NCBI GenBank assembly: GCA_050084985.1
Contig: JBITNC010000001.1
Location: forward strand, 112,158,001-112,222,000
DNA length: 64,000 nt
DNA from: Nageia nagi
Lineage: Eukaryota; Plantae; Pinophyta
Direction of reading: 5' to 3'
Below the pieces are notes generated by a model, which saw nothing but the letters and a program-made list of their open reading frames with translations, did no database searches and had not been told where the DNA came from. The translations under genes were made by a program, and so were the position numbers. This document shows positions 1 to 12,823 of this stretch, one piece after another. Within the stretch, counting starts at the first letter, position 1. Every line of letters starts with the position of its first letter.

Positions 1-1150
1 AATAATCCTCATAAGAATATTCTCCACATTTGAAATGAACAAATCAATTCACATCCCTCATAGCAATGTTCCATGCAATAGTCCTATAGATAAACTTGTT
101 TGTAGAACTATAATCATTACATAGTCGAAGAATCTTCATAACCTTAGTAACATTTCCAACAAAATCTTTAATAACTTGAATGTAATTACCAACTTGTTTA
201 AGCAATTTTTTTACATCAACTTCCACATCATTCAACATGGTATTATACTTGGAAATATATATGCTGTTATCTTACTAGATTATTTTTCAATTTCCATAGA
301 TCTCAAGTGTTTCAATCTATTCTATACAAAAGTTAAATACTTTGTCACTTCAATCTAATATATCCAAGATCTATTATTCCTTATCTTCATCAATGTCTTA
401 CTCAAACATCATCCTGCTACCTCTTTATAGAAATTTCAAAGAGAACATATGATGAGTATATTTAGTCTCCAACAAAAATAATTGCTATCATGTATCCTAC
501 TTACATTCATAAGGTGTACATGTACAAACAATAATTCATGCATATTAAATTTCCCAAGAATAATTATAATAAGAGTTGCTAAAGCACCCATCTATTGATC
601 CTTATTCATTATTTGCAAGTACAACACATAAACATGTTATGTTATTTACATGCTATTTGAAACCACTCTTGTGGATTTCTACACCTACTTCTATAGTTCC
701 CATCATGGTAAACACTGGAAGGATACAATAAAGGTTGTGGGTTTTGATTTACTCTTGAAAATTGTACCTACCTAAAATTATTTCATGATATCTATATTTT
801 TTTGATCGCTATGCATCATGAGGCTATAGGTATTTCATTCATCTCATCAAATAACATGCATGCATTCTCTATGTTTCACATTTTGTATACACCTCTACTA
901 GTGTATTCACCATTACAACATCTAAACTTCTTTTAAATATCCTTTAGTTGGGCTTTGATGGTGTTGGGAAAGGTGGATAAGAGATTCTCCAACAACCCAA
1001 GTGCAATGAAAACTATCCAAATTACTAGCAAAGTAGCGTCCTCAACCTCCACATAAAGTTAATAGATACATGATGTAATAAATCAATGATCCAAAGAATT
1101 TGTATCATCAAAAATGATCCAAAAATTATTATTAATCTTTGATTCAACAT
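1..1150 (-). pseudogene. PLS-class PPR-E-DYW (organellar RNA editing factor type) pseudogene, copy 1
   Basis: Minus-strand pieces read LDVVMVNTLVEVYTKC..IENACMLFDEM (PPR motif), then an E-domain remnant, then DYW pieces LNDVEVD..NKLVITFKLL..LRLCNDY..KFI..IAMRDVN*FVHFKCGEYSYEDY running off the window start. Many stops and frameshifts. Confidence 0.85.
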
Positions 1151-1310
1151 TATGGGAGATATGGTCAAAGATGGCTTTATGGCTTTATCCAAATATTATC
1201 ACTATCCTACTTATGATCAAATTACAAACATCTTTACAAAGCCATTCCTAGGGATCATTTTTCCTACCTTCAAAGCCAACTTGGATCTATACCTTAGACA
1301 TTTAGGGGGC
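1151..1310 (+). mobile_element. Ty1/Copia RNase H C-terminus plus polypurine tract (fragment)
   Basis: DMVKDGF..YPTYDQITNIFTKPF matches Copia 'IRDMV...PTxxQxADIFTKPL'. It is followed by TTTAGGGGG and is homologous to 63520-63670. Confidence 0.85.
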
Positions 1311-1314
1311 AACT

Positions 1315-1627
1315 TATTGGAAAATTTTTACTATAATAGGGTACTCATTGGACTCTATATATATTGCACCTTTTTTTACTTTCTTTTCTTTGTATTTTAT
1401 TTTTCGACCAACAAAGAAAATGATCTCCTTTTGTCATGGAGATTAAGGGGATGATTGAAAATATTAATCTCCATTCCAAACATTACTTTTATTCTTCAAA
1501 CTCTATCTCTATTCTCCAGCATCACTTTTATTCTCCAAGCTTGAAATTCATTCCCAACTGTTACTATTATTCTTTGGGCTCTATCTCCTCACTTTGAGAC
1601 TTCCTTATTCGAACCTATTTTCCAACA
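1315..1627 (+). repeat. Copia 3' LTR (~313 bp)
   Basis: Starts TATTGGAAAA right after the PPT and ends TTTTCCAACA (degenerate TG...CA inverted termini). Same sequence at 9915-10229 and 63676-63840. Confidence 0.75.
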
Positions 1628-1811
1628 TACGATTCTTAAATTTGAAATACTATTCATGGTAAGAAATTTAAAATAATATCTCATATTTTTCACATTTATT
1701 TTACTATATGATTTATCTTTATCATGTAATTTCTCCTTTTCATAACTTATAGTTTTCTTTGTTAGGTCTAGCAAACATAGCCATAATCACTTATCGAGGA
1801 AGCTACATAGT

Positions 1812-2554
1812 CTACACACCACATATCTTCAGTGAAAGTGGCCTTTTCTTCTTCAAAATTTTAACTCTTTATGAGGCATTACTTAAATTGGTAGAATGTG
1901 AAAGACCTATAAAGTCATGCATGTTGGTCATCAACCAGTTAAAGAGATGTGTAAATCTCTTTCTCATTTGGAAAATAAATAAAATAACCTATAGTATGCA
2001 ATATGCCCACCTATTGTGGATAACTTGATGCTCCATGCTGACTACCTTCATTACTCCATACTTGCACTTGTTAAAGTTTGCATTAATTCATCACTACAAA
2101 ACATTAAACAAACCATGCTAATTCATCATCACCTTACAAGACTTACTAGTGTTGATAAGGAATGAGTTCCATAATGGTTTGAAGTTCAACCAAATGTTTC
2201 CTTTTGACCTACTCTAGAGGCCATCCTTGTTATCTTGGTAAAGGATAGTAATTCTAGGCATCCAAATCAAGTCTTGCAAGAATGATCTTTCTAGAAAAGC
2301 ATGCACATTTGAAAAGTTTTATTGGAATGAGATAGTAGCAATGAATTATTTTTAAGCTTATGAGATGAAAATATGTATATAAGCATAGGAATACAACATA
2401 CTAGAAAAATGTATTTCCTTCTTGTGTCCATATTTTATGAGACAATTGAAGGATTGAATCATAATAATGTGGGTTGGAGAAGGTGAATGTCTCTCAGGAG
2501 AGGGAGATTAACTTCAAAATCAAAATTGGGGAAATTCTGCATAGAGAAAGGTAT
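1812..2554 (-). pseudogene. 2OG-Fe(II) dioxygenase paralog B, decayed copy
   Basis: Colinear with 35740-37046, with both introns recognisable. CpG-depleted; shares the exon-2 deletion and the AGG-TAG stop. Confidence 0.85.
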
Positions 2555-2754
2555 GGTGGAGGATAGTTTGTAGTTAGATTAATTTGTCATCTAGGATATC
2601 ATCCTATTAAGTTCCAATTATAACAAATGAAATGGTCTAATTTTTTAGGTTAACTTCACCTTTTTAGGCTTTAGGGTGGGCCAACATGCATGCTCATCAA
2701 ATCTTCAGCTATCATCTCTCAACCTTGAGTTGTTTCTTTCAAAAGCAACATGTT

Positions 2755-2868
2755 TGTGATGAAGCTATCATGCTATGCCTCATTTAAATTTGTTAACTTA
2801 TTTGTTCAAAAAGTGTTGATGAAGCTATCATGCTATGCCAAATTTAAATTTGTTGAGTTATTTATTTA
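2755..2868. repeat. ~61-bp tandem repeat (2 units) upstream of 2ODD-B
   Basis: GATGAAGCTATCATGCTATGCC..ATTTAAATTTGTT..TTATTT occurs twice. Confidence 0.8.
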
Positions 2869-4849
2869 TGTATAGATATAGATATAAATATAGATATACA
2901 ATAGGATTCAAGTAAGGGAAGTGCTAATAATCAATTTTTCATGTTGGTTTCAAGTGAATTTAATAAGATTTTAGTATTTCATTGGTTGTAATATGTATTG
3001 TTTTTTAAGTTTCCTATTATGTTAGGAATAAAAGTTATTTTGTTATTGAACATTATTTGTGTATTAAATATTATTATATGAATTCATACCATATTAATAT
3101 GATTATTGTAGATAATCAACAAGATTTAAATATTAGGGAGGAATGTTCACAAATGAAATAATTTAGATATATTTACAATGTAATTTTCAAGGTTTAGTTA
3201 ATTTTTGAATATAAATTATCTTTTTTTGGAGGGAGTTAAATCTTAAGGTAAATTATTATAGGAACTTCCTTGTGATAATCAATGAGGTAACATTTTAATG
3301 CTCTCTTCAATATAATTGTAATTGAGACATACTTGATATGTAGCTAAATCATAATAAGTTTAAATAACCATTTATAGATTTAAACTTTTAACTACTTATA
3401 GAAGCATCAAAGCTTGAACCATTGTGCTATCAGTATTAAGGATATATGGTGCAATCTTAAGCATTAAATAATTGCATATGATTAAGTCATTTATTAAATT
3501 TTTTCATTCATAAAATTAGCTTAATCAAAATACTAATTTCATTTTGGTAAGGCATTTCATAGAACTTAAATATCTTCAAAATAATTTTTTGATTTATTTT
3601 TATTAGTGATTAAAACCTTTAATTGTAAATCCCTAAACTAACATTCAATAGAAAAATAATTCAGGATTCAAAACTTACTAAAAGAAGTGGTAGCTTAAAT
3701 AAAGGAGATTAAGAATGGAAAAATATAATGAAATGGAAGAATCATTATACATGAAAAAATAGAAAATTAAGAATAGAAGAGCATAATCAAAGATTTTAAT
3801 ATTAATATTTATAACCTTTACATAATAACATAATCATCATCCCATACTACTCTTAGTTATTGAATAAGTAGTTCCCTATCTACTTCTTTAACAATGTAAA
3901 CCTATTTCAATAACTATAGAAATATCAAAATACATAATAGAAATGTTTATTATATATTACCAATTATTCATAACTATTTATCACTATAATTATTATAATA
4001 AACGAATAACCAAGAATGGTAAAATGATTTTTGATAACAAGTAAAAACTATATGATCAAAAGGCACATGTTTTTATCAAGATCTTAAAAACCTGGTCACA
4101 AAAATGGTTTCCAATGGAGGAAACTGCTACCCAATTATACCTAGTGGTAGAAAAAAAAATAAGAGAAACACTAGCAAGATGTAGAAAAAAGAACACTTCT
4201 ATAAAACTAAAAAATATTACTCCTATCTCATATCTCTAGTTGATAAAGTCCACTACAATTCTACTACAACTCAACCAAGAAGGGTAAAATTAGATCCAAA
4301 TAATTCAAATAAATTTTTTCAAAATATTTTATTTCTTTCATGGTCTCTACATGAACTTGACAACTTTTTTTATTTCCCTATTTCTTTATTTTATTTTTGA
4401 AAAATAAATAATATCATTCTAATATTATTTCTTTTTTTACCAACACCTATTCAAATTTAAGCTAAATACATACAACCAATTCAACTATGCATATAACCTA
4501 AAAAAAGAAGTATATATTTGTACAAGAAATGAAAGTTATGCAAATGAGAATCAATATTATATTTATATTATATGAAAATTATATCATTTTGAATGATATT
4601 CATATTTTAAACCATCATATTCCTTTTAGTTAAATGATTCAAAAAATCTAAACTTTTGAATTAGAAAGCACATAAAATTCATGTGAGATAACTACAAGAG
4701 ATGTTTATAAAATATGATGTAAGTTGGAATCATTAATGAGTTAAACCATTCATGTGAGATATGAATTTAGCTTTATAATATAAGTTTAAGTAAAATTGTG
4801 ATTAAATTCATGCAAAAAAGGAGCCATAATGAAAAAGGCTAGGCTTACC

Positions 4850-6250
4850 ATTCTCAAGAAGATTTTGCATATTTAATGTATAAGTAAAGGAATACTTTGA
4901 TCAAATGCTTCATTGTACTATGTCAAACATAGATCATATTCATCGTTGAATTACTAAGCATTGGAAAGTATATTGATAAGTTGATATAATTGCTTTACCT
5001 CATCAATTTTTAGTCTTTATTTTTACAAATGCATAATACATGAACAAAGTTATGAAGTTGGGCCCTTCATTTATGGGTCAAAAGGAGCTACTTTTAAAAT
5101 GTTGGTATACTATTTTGTATCTTAAGAAGGATAACATTTATGATTTTCTTGTATGGGTCAATTTACCTAATTTACAAATATATTATTTGCATATGAGTTT
5201 GATTGTTGGAATTACAAATATAGTAGAATTGTTGTTCTTAATTAAAAAAATTCACAAGAATTGAGAATAGAAAGAAGGAAGGTGAGTTTTACCTTAACAC
5301 TTATATTACAAAGGAATTAAGGTAAAATACCTATGTTGAGGAGGAAGATGGAAAAACCTAGGAACAAGAAATAATTTATGAATATATGCCTATTAGTTGT
5401 AGTATATGAAAAAAATTTGATTATTATGCTAAGAAATATTTGGATAAGAAGGATAAAGAGAAGATGGAAGTCCTCAATTCGTATGAAGAGTGGAATACCC
5501 ATGTATAAAGTAATCAGGTATTCTAGAGAAATGATTAATTTCATGCAAAAGAGGAGGAAATTTTAGAAGGTTGACCAATAATGAAACTATGAACCTATTC
5601 CATTCCTTGAATCCAAATGAAAGTATTAAAATAGATAAAATTATAGAGTAAGAGATTTTCCATTGGCAATTCCACATAGAAAACTAATAATTAGTGATAA
5701 AGAAATGGAGGAAGCCAAAAGTATGAAGTGATAAAGAACTAAATGAAAAAATACAAAAATAAGGAGATATATCAAGATAGGTCATCAAGATATGATGAAG
5801 AAATAGGAAAAGAACAAGAAATGGAGGTTGATGATGGAAAGACACCTCCCACAAGAAGACATTTTGATAATAAAATGAGGAAGACAAAAATATACATAAA
5901 GGACATATGGGGAGGATTTAAAATTATGAATTAATAATATAAAATATAATTAGGATATTACAAATAAAACATAATGCAATATACAGTAGAGTAGTGATTG
6001 TAAGCTCCCATGTGGTACTCAATGATTATTCTTAGTTAGAACATATGAGGATGTAACACCCAAAGCAAGTAGAGGATCATCAAGCACCTCTAAAGGAAAG
6101 TTATTATATATTGTTATTTATATAGAAGACAAAGATGAAGAAGGATAAAATGGTAGAAGTGGAAAAGAATGTTTTTTCAAGAGAGAATTAGATGGCCTAT
6201 CAATGGATCTATTTAGATTATGAAACCTGACTACTATAAAAGGTATTCCC
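4850..6250 (+). mobile_element. Degenerate LINE (L1-like) ORF1 fragment, copy 1
   Basis: IALPHQFLVFIFTNA..MNKVMKLGPSFMGQKELLLKCWY..KKDNIYDFLVWVNLPNL resembles plant LINE ORF1 (DUF4283 region, 'GPWF...W...VPVWVRLPNLP'). A purine-rich Lys/Glu-coding tract follows. Confidence 0.55.
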
Positions 6251-7894
6251 TATCCTAATACATCTAATATGTGTCTTCATACACATAGTAAAATAATATA
6301 TTTCAACTACATACTATAGAAAATAACCCTTTTAAAAATAGTATAATCCATATTTTAAATTATAATTGGTTTATACAAGATATTGATGTAGGGAAAATAT
6401 AACTAATAAAATTATATATTACCATAATCATTTTTCTCATTGTTTTTGAAAGCTAGATTAATATTTGTAATTAATTATTTGATATAATAAAATAATATCA
6501 TAATCTTATAATAACATATTTTAAAAGATTGTATTTATAACAAATAACACACATGTTATTGTGAATTTTTTAAATAATTGTATTTAATTCTTTTGTACTA
6601 TCTACCTTTTCATTATTAGACAAGTAAAATAATAAAATAGTTTGTTACCTTTTTTATTGGTATGATTTATCTATCTCCAAAGCATTTTTGTCACTTTTGC
6701 ATTGGAATAAGCAAAAAATATATTTTATATATCTTTTGTATGAAATGAATAATTTTTGAACCAATTCAAACTAATCATGCATGTTTTATTCTTTTTATGG
6801 TATATGGAACTAGTCCATCAAACATGTGTGAGCCTAGCACTATTTAACACAATAGATACACCTAGTTTTATAAGTCTTTTCAATTTTTCAAATAGAAGTG
6901 TACAATATAGAAAACTTGCTTGATGTTGTTTGCTCATGTTCTTGTTGATATTTTTTGACCTTGTTATGCTCCTGATATGTGATCATAGTTATAGTGACAT
7001 GGTATAAAAATTTAACATGTTTGGAGTATCTATACTTTTTTTGATGTTGTCCATGTTAAATAAAAATAATTAAAAAATTAAATCCAAAGGTTAAAAACCG
7101 AAAAGAGAATTTGAAATTTAAATCTAAAGGTTAAAAACCATTTCATGGTGGGCCTAATCTCTAACAAATTTTAAGCAATGGATTAGAAAGAGTTTCAAAA
7201 TATCAAAGAGGATAACTATGGCCTAATGAAATAATAAATTTTGAAGAATTATAGTGAGAGATAAAACAAATAAAAAGTAATTTATTTTTGAATTTAACTT
7301 TGAATACATTTGGAATTTTTCTTTTGCTCATTTTAACATTAATTCAAATAATTGTATAATTATTCATCATTCGTATGCTTTTATTTGTATTTCTCTATGA
7401 GTATTTATCATCATCTTGTAAAATATAAAAACCTACAAATGAATACTAATTAATATTCTAAATAGTAATAATAATATGATACATAAACCATTAGAATAAA
7501 ATTAACATAAGATAATCATTTTTATAATAGCAATAAAATATATCTAATAGTTTGAAATAAAATCTATCTAAATTTTTATGTTTAATTTAATTATGTTGGT
7601 TGTCCACATTATAAGTTTTGTGAAAGCAACTTGTAGACTTCTACCCCAAATTAATGAGAAAAAATATCATATTCCCTCAAGTTGAAAATAGAAATAATAA
7701 GCTATAATAAAATATCCTATTCATTCTCTAATGTTGAATTAGCCTTCAAGTTTAAAATTGAATTTCAAATTCCAATCCGCATGCTAAAATAATTTACAAT
7801 TAAAACATGATATAGTTAAACAAATATAGCTTATACACCCCTATCACTTCTCATTGATAATTTGTAATCATGGAATTCGAACAAGATACATAAT

Positions 7895-7961
7895 CTATAA
7901 CCCTACATATCTATATAAGGTAGTATTCTTTTTAGAATTTCTAATTTTCCTGGAATGCCTA
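7895..7961 (-). pseudogene. 2ODD paralog C, extreme 3' fragment
   Basis: Stop region and 3' flank are homologous to 29460-29610 and 41880-42074. Confidence 0.55.
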
Positions 7962-9519
7962 CATCAATCTATGAAACAAAATTTTGTTAAATTATTTATA
8001 TAGAAATCTATTTTCACTTAACTTCTAAATGAACTTCATAGCTCCTATGATGAGTTTATAATTCAAAAAATGACTTTTTTTCTCCTATACTAGTTTGGAA
8101 AACAAACATTGACATGGGGAAGTTTCATGGAAAGTTGAATAAAACATAATTAAAAACTATAACAATTATGCTAAGTTAAGATCCTAAAATATGATGTCAA
8201 AATAGTCTTCTATCCCTAGCACTAATGTTATGCCCAGAATTACCAATACCAAACAATATATTTCTTCTAGGTCTAAGTCAGTTTGAGCTTCCCAAGGTCA
8301 TTCTTAAGTCATGCCAACAAGTTAGAGACCGATTTACCAACCAAAATATTTCATATCAACTGAAATATGATCCTAAATGATGCTAACATCTCTTTCCACT
8401 ATATATTGAATTACTAAGATCATTTATTTCTTGTTGATTTCATTTCAAATTGAAATATGAAAACCTTTGAATGAAAATTTATATGATACCTATGATCTTC
8501 ATATGATGGAATATTTTTAATATTATAATACATATTTATTAAATAAGAAAATGATGTACTACATTAGTACTAAAATTGATATTAGAAATTGTATTTTAAA
8601 AAGTTCAACATTTAAAAAGGTTAGATTAGAATAAATTTGTATACTAAAATATCTAAATTTATTCATTATTCCAAATTTAAAGTGATATTTGATAAATATA
8701 GGTTTCAAATCTTCCAAAGGGTATGATATTATTTTAGTTTTTGTAAAACATTTAACTAAAATGTTATACTTGATTTGTTCAAGATTTGAAATAAGTGACA
8801 TTGATATTAAATATATTTTCATGAAGTTAGTTAGGTTGTATAGCATGGTTCAGACAATCAACCTATGTAAAGTCAAGGTAAAGGTAAAAGTAAAGGTAAA
8901 TTACCTATTGCAACCTTGTGCAATGAGTATGTCATAGATTAATAATTTTTCTTTTTGAGTTTTAAGTGTTAATTTTTATTAAAGATATAACATAATCAAA
9001 ACATTTAATTAATATGTATTTAATAAATAAATAAATAAGTTTCCAACAAGACCTCCAAAAATTTAATTATTTTCTAACAAGGAAATTAAAATTAGGTACC
9101 TTGGAAGTAGTTAAGTTGAAATCTTTGTCTTGGAAATCATTTTCTTTTTCCCCAACTTGATCTCTTCGTCTGTAATAGTTTCCCCTTCTCCATGATATGA
9201 ATTCAACTGTAAGAAACCAACAAAGTGGGCTCCAATAACATATATGTATTAAGATAGAAGAAGACCTATAAATAATCCTCTTCTCATCCCCAAATTCACA
9301 ATACCTTTTTAGGTATATTACAATATATAATATAGAAAGAAGGAGACTCCCTCAAAAATAACGAACAGTCTAAAAACTAGGATATTACTAAAAATAGTAA
9401 CTTTCTAAAGATATAAAGATAAAAAGTTTCTAAAAATAGAAAGTTCCTTAGATTACAACCAAAATAGGTGTACAATCCCAATCAACTTTCTAAAAATATA
9501 AATTTCTTCTTTATCAAAT

Positions 9520-9910
9520 GTTTGGTCTCATGGAGCAATAAGAAGAAATCCACTATTGCACTTTCATTAGCTAAAATTGAGTATCTTGCTACATCCACCA
9601 CTTGTATACAAGCTATTTCAATTGCTTGTATGTTTTAAGATTTGGGCATAAATATTGAGCTCCCCATTTCAATATACTATGATAATCTTGACATGATTAC
9701 CATGACCAAGAATCTTTTGATTCATTGTAGGATAAAGCATAATGATATACACCATCACTTTATAAGAGATATGGTTGAATATGGCTCTATCTAGTTTTAT
9801 CAATATCCTACTGATGCTCAAATTATAGACATATTTACAAATCCATTGTCTAGGGATCATTTTTGTGACCTAGAGCTAGCTTGGAGTCTAGATCTTAAAC
9901 ATTTAGGGGG
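9520..9910 (+). mobile_element. Ty1/Copia RNase H domain plus PPT (fragment)
   Basis: LVSWSNKKKSTIALSLAKIEYLA...IYYDN...TKN..IHCRIKHNDIHHHFIRDMVE...PTDAQIIDIFTNPL, followed by PPT ATTTAGGGGG. Confidence 0.9.
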
Positions 9911-9914
9911 TAAC

Positions 9915-10229
9915 TATTGGAAAACCTTGACTAGAATAGGGTACTCATTAGACTCTATATATATTGCATATTTCTTTTAATTCCTTTTCTTTGTATTTTA
10001 TTTTTGGCCAATAGAGAAAATGATCTCCTTTTATGATGGAGATTAATGGGGTAATTAAAAGTATTAATCTCGATTCTTGGGTATTACTTTTATTCTTTGG
10101 GCTCTATCTCCATTTTCAGGCATTAATTTTATTCTCCAAGCTTGACCTCCATTCCTGAGCATTACTATTATTCCTCAAGCTCTATTTTCTCACTTTAAGA
10201 CTTTCTTATCTGAGACCTAATTTCCAACA
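9915..10229 (+). repeat. Copia 3' LTR, second copy
   Basis: TATTGGAAAA...TTTCCAACA with the same downstream junction (TA[C/T]GATTCTTAAATT) as the LTR at 1315-1627. Confidence 0.75.
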
Positions 10230-10414
10230 TATGATTCTTAAATTTGGAATACTATTCATGGTAAGAAGATTTAAAATAATATCTCATATATTTCATATAT
10301 ATTTTATTGTGTGATTTATCCTTATCATGTAATGTCTCCTTTTTATAACCTATATTTTTCCTTAGTGGGTCAAATAGACATAGCCATAATCACTTATTGA
10401 AGAAGCTACATAAT

Positions 10415-11164
10415 CTACACACCTGTGTATCTCTCAATGAAAGTGGCCTTTTCTTCTTTAGAATTTTACATCTCCATGAGGCATTGCTTAAATTGGGAGA
10501 ATATGAAAGGCCTATAAAGTCATGCATGCTAGTCAACAACCAATTTAGGAGGTGCAAAAATTGATTTCTCATGTGGAAAATAAATAAAATAACCTAGCAG
10601 TATGCAATATGCCCATCCTTTGTGGATAGCTCAGTGCTCCATGCTGCACTACCTTCTATTTCTCCATGTCTACACTCATCAAAGATTGCATTAATTCATC
10701 ACTACAAAACATTAGATAAACCATGCTAATTCATCCTAACCTTAAAAGACTCATTGATGTTCATAAGGAATGACTTCCATAATGGCTTAACATTCAACCA
10801 AGTGCCTTCCTTTTTATCTACTCTAGAGGCCACCCTTGTTATCTTGGTAAAGGATAGTATTTATGGGCATCCAAATCAAGGCATACGAGAATGATATTTT
10901 TCAAAAAAGTGTGTACATTTGAATAGTTTTGCTAGAATGGGATAGTAGCAATGAATTATTTTTAATATTATAAGATGAAAATATGTATATAAGCATAGGA
11001 AGACAACATACTAGAAAAATGGATTTCCGTATTGTGTCCATATCTTACAAGACATTTGAAGGATTGAGTGGCAATGAGGTGGGTTGGAGAAGGTGAACAA
11101 CTCTCGAGAGAGGGAGATCAACTTCAAGATCAAAATCAAGGAAAACATGCATAGAGAAAGGCAT
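10415..11164 (-). pseudogene. 2OG-Fe(II) dioxygenase paralog B, decayed copy
   Basis: ATG at 11164 (MPFSMH..DFDLEVDLPL); colinear with 35740-37046; shared deletions and stop. Confidence 0.85.
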
Positions 11165-11356
11165 GGTGGAGGATATCTTGTTGGAAAATTAATTTATCAT
11201 CTAGGATATCATCCTAATAAGTTCTAATTCAAATGAAATGGTTTGATTTTTAGGTTGACTTCTCCATTTTTGGCCTTTACAGTGGGCCAACATGCATGGT
11301 CATCAAATCTTTGGCTATCATCTCTCTAAATAAGTTGTTTCTTTCAAGAGCAATAA

Positions 11357-11535
11357 GTCTATGATGAAGCTATCATGCTACGACTTATTTGAATTTATTG
11401 ACTTATTTGATCAATAAGTCCATGATAAAGTTGTCATGCTATGCCTTATTTAAATTTGTTGACTTACTTTTTCAACAAGTGTGTGATGATGCTATCATGC
11501 TATGCCAAATTTAAATTTGTTGACTTATTTGTTCA
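11357..11535. repeat. ~61-bp tandem repeat (3 units) upstream of 2ODD-B
   Basis: Three units of GATGAAGCTATCATGCTA..TTTAAATTTGTTGACTTATTT. Confidence 0.8.
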
Positions 11536-12823
11536 TATTAAGATATAGATATACATATAGATATACAATAGGATTTGAGTAAGTGTAGTGTTGATAATCA
11601 ATTTATCATGTTGGTTTCAAGTGAATTTAATGAGATTTTTGGATTTCATTGGTTGTAATAGTATTAATTTTTAAGTTTCCTATTATGTTAGGAATAAAAG
11701 TTATTTTATTATTGAACATTATTTGTGTATTAAATATTATTATATGAATTCATACCATATTAAATATGAATATTGTAGATAATCAACAAGATTTACATAT
11801 TAATGGAGGAATGTTTAAAAATGGAAATAATTTAGTTAAATTTATAGTGTAGTTAAATTTATAGTGTAATTTTCAAGGTATAGTTAATTTTTAAATATGT
11901 AAGTTATATAATTATTTTTTGTAATTTAATATTAAAGATTTTTTCATTTCATTATTTTATATTTCTCTACATGCTATACATCAGATTAAGTGTAATCCTT
12001 TTGTTGGAGGGAGTTCAATCTTAAGGTAAATTATTATAGGACCTTCCTTGTAGATTCCAAGATATCTTGAAAAATAAGAAAATAGAAACTAGAAAAGAAA
12101 ACTATTAATGAAATGAGCTACCACTACTAGTAGTATTCTACTCTTTTCTACAAAGCAATTTAACAAGGAAATGGAAGGAGATAAGGAAGTTGAGATTAGA
12201 AGTAGTAAGAGTAAAAATAAATAGTTGATGTAGAAGTGATGGGACATAGTGGTTAATGTGTTGATGGTGATTTTAATATCCTGTTGAAAAGGGTACTTTT
12301 TACACCTCATTAATTTTACTATTTGTGTAGAAGTGGAATGCATCACACTATTTTATAGCTTAATTATGAAGGGAAGCTATGTGGCATCTCATTGAATTTG
12401 TACTTACACGTCCTAACATTCCAATGCCTAAAAAGTGATTGATAGTAGTATTAATTATGGTTTGAAATTAACAAACCTACACTACATGCAGTACCTCTAC
12501 ATTGCTCACTCTGTTCATTAATCCTAATAAAACCAAGAGCAAAGTTCACATAAAAGTTGTTCTACTCTATGTCAAAGTACCTCATTACTTGTAATCCCAT
12601 TAAAGTACTTTATTATTCACTAAATATTCTTTATTTACTTCAAATAAGTTTCCTTTCATTTTTGGGATTTGTATTTTTCCTTCTCCAACTCTTTACTCTA
12701 AAATAGCATACGATTCATAAAAAATGACATCAACAATTAATAACATTATATATTCATATAAATATTTAATAATAATACTTTTTTGAAAAACGAAATGATG
12801 AAATTAGTATGCTTTAATTTTCA

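Noticed and set aside
1437-1473. TGGAGATTAA...TTAATCTCCA hairpin with an internal AAGGGG as a terminator or alternative LTR start
   Set aside because: It is internal to the Copia LTR in all copies. The TGTTGG/CCAACA-type termini fit the LTR ends better, although an alternative boundary cannot be fully excluded.
8874-8900. (AAGGTA)n tract giving a KVKVKV peptide (also at 43118-43146)
   Set aside because: Short simple repeat copied with the array; no evidence of coding or telomeric function.
9225-9520. Possible tRNA-Met PBS (GCTCCAATAACA) and LTR of another minus-strand element
   Set aside because: Three mismatches to GCTCTGATACCA, no partner LTR and no coding domain seen; too weak to call.
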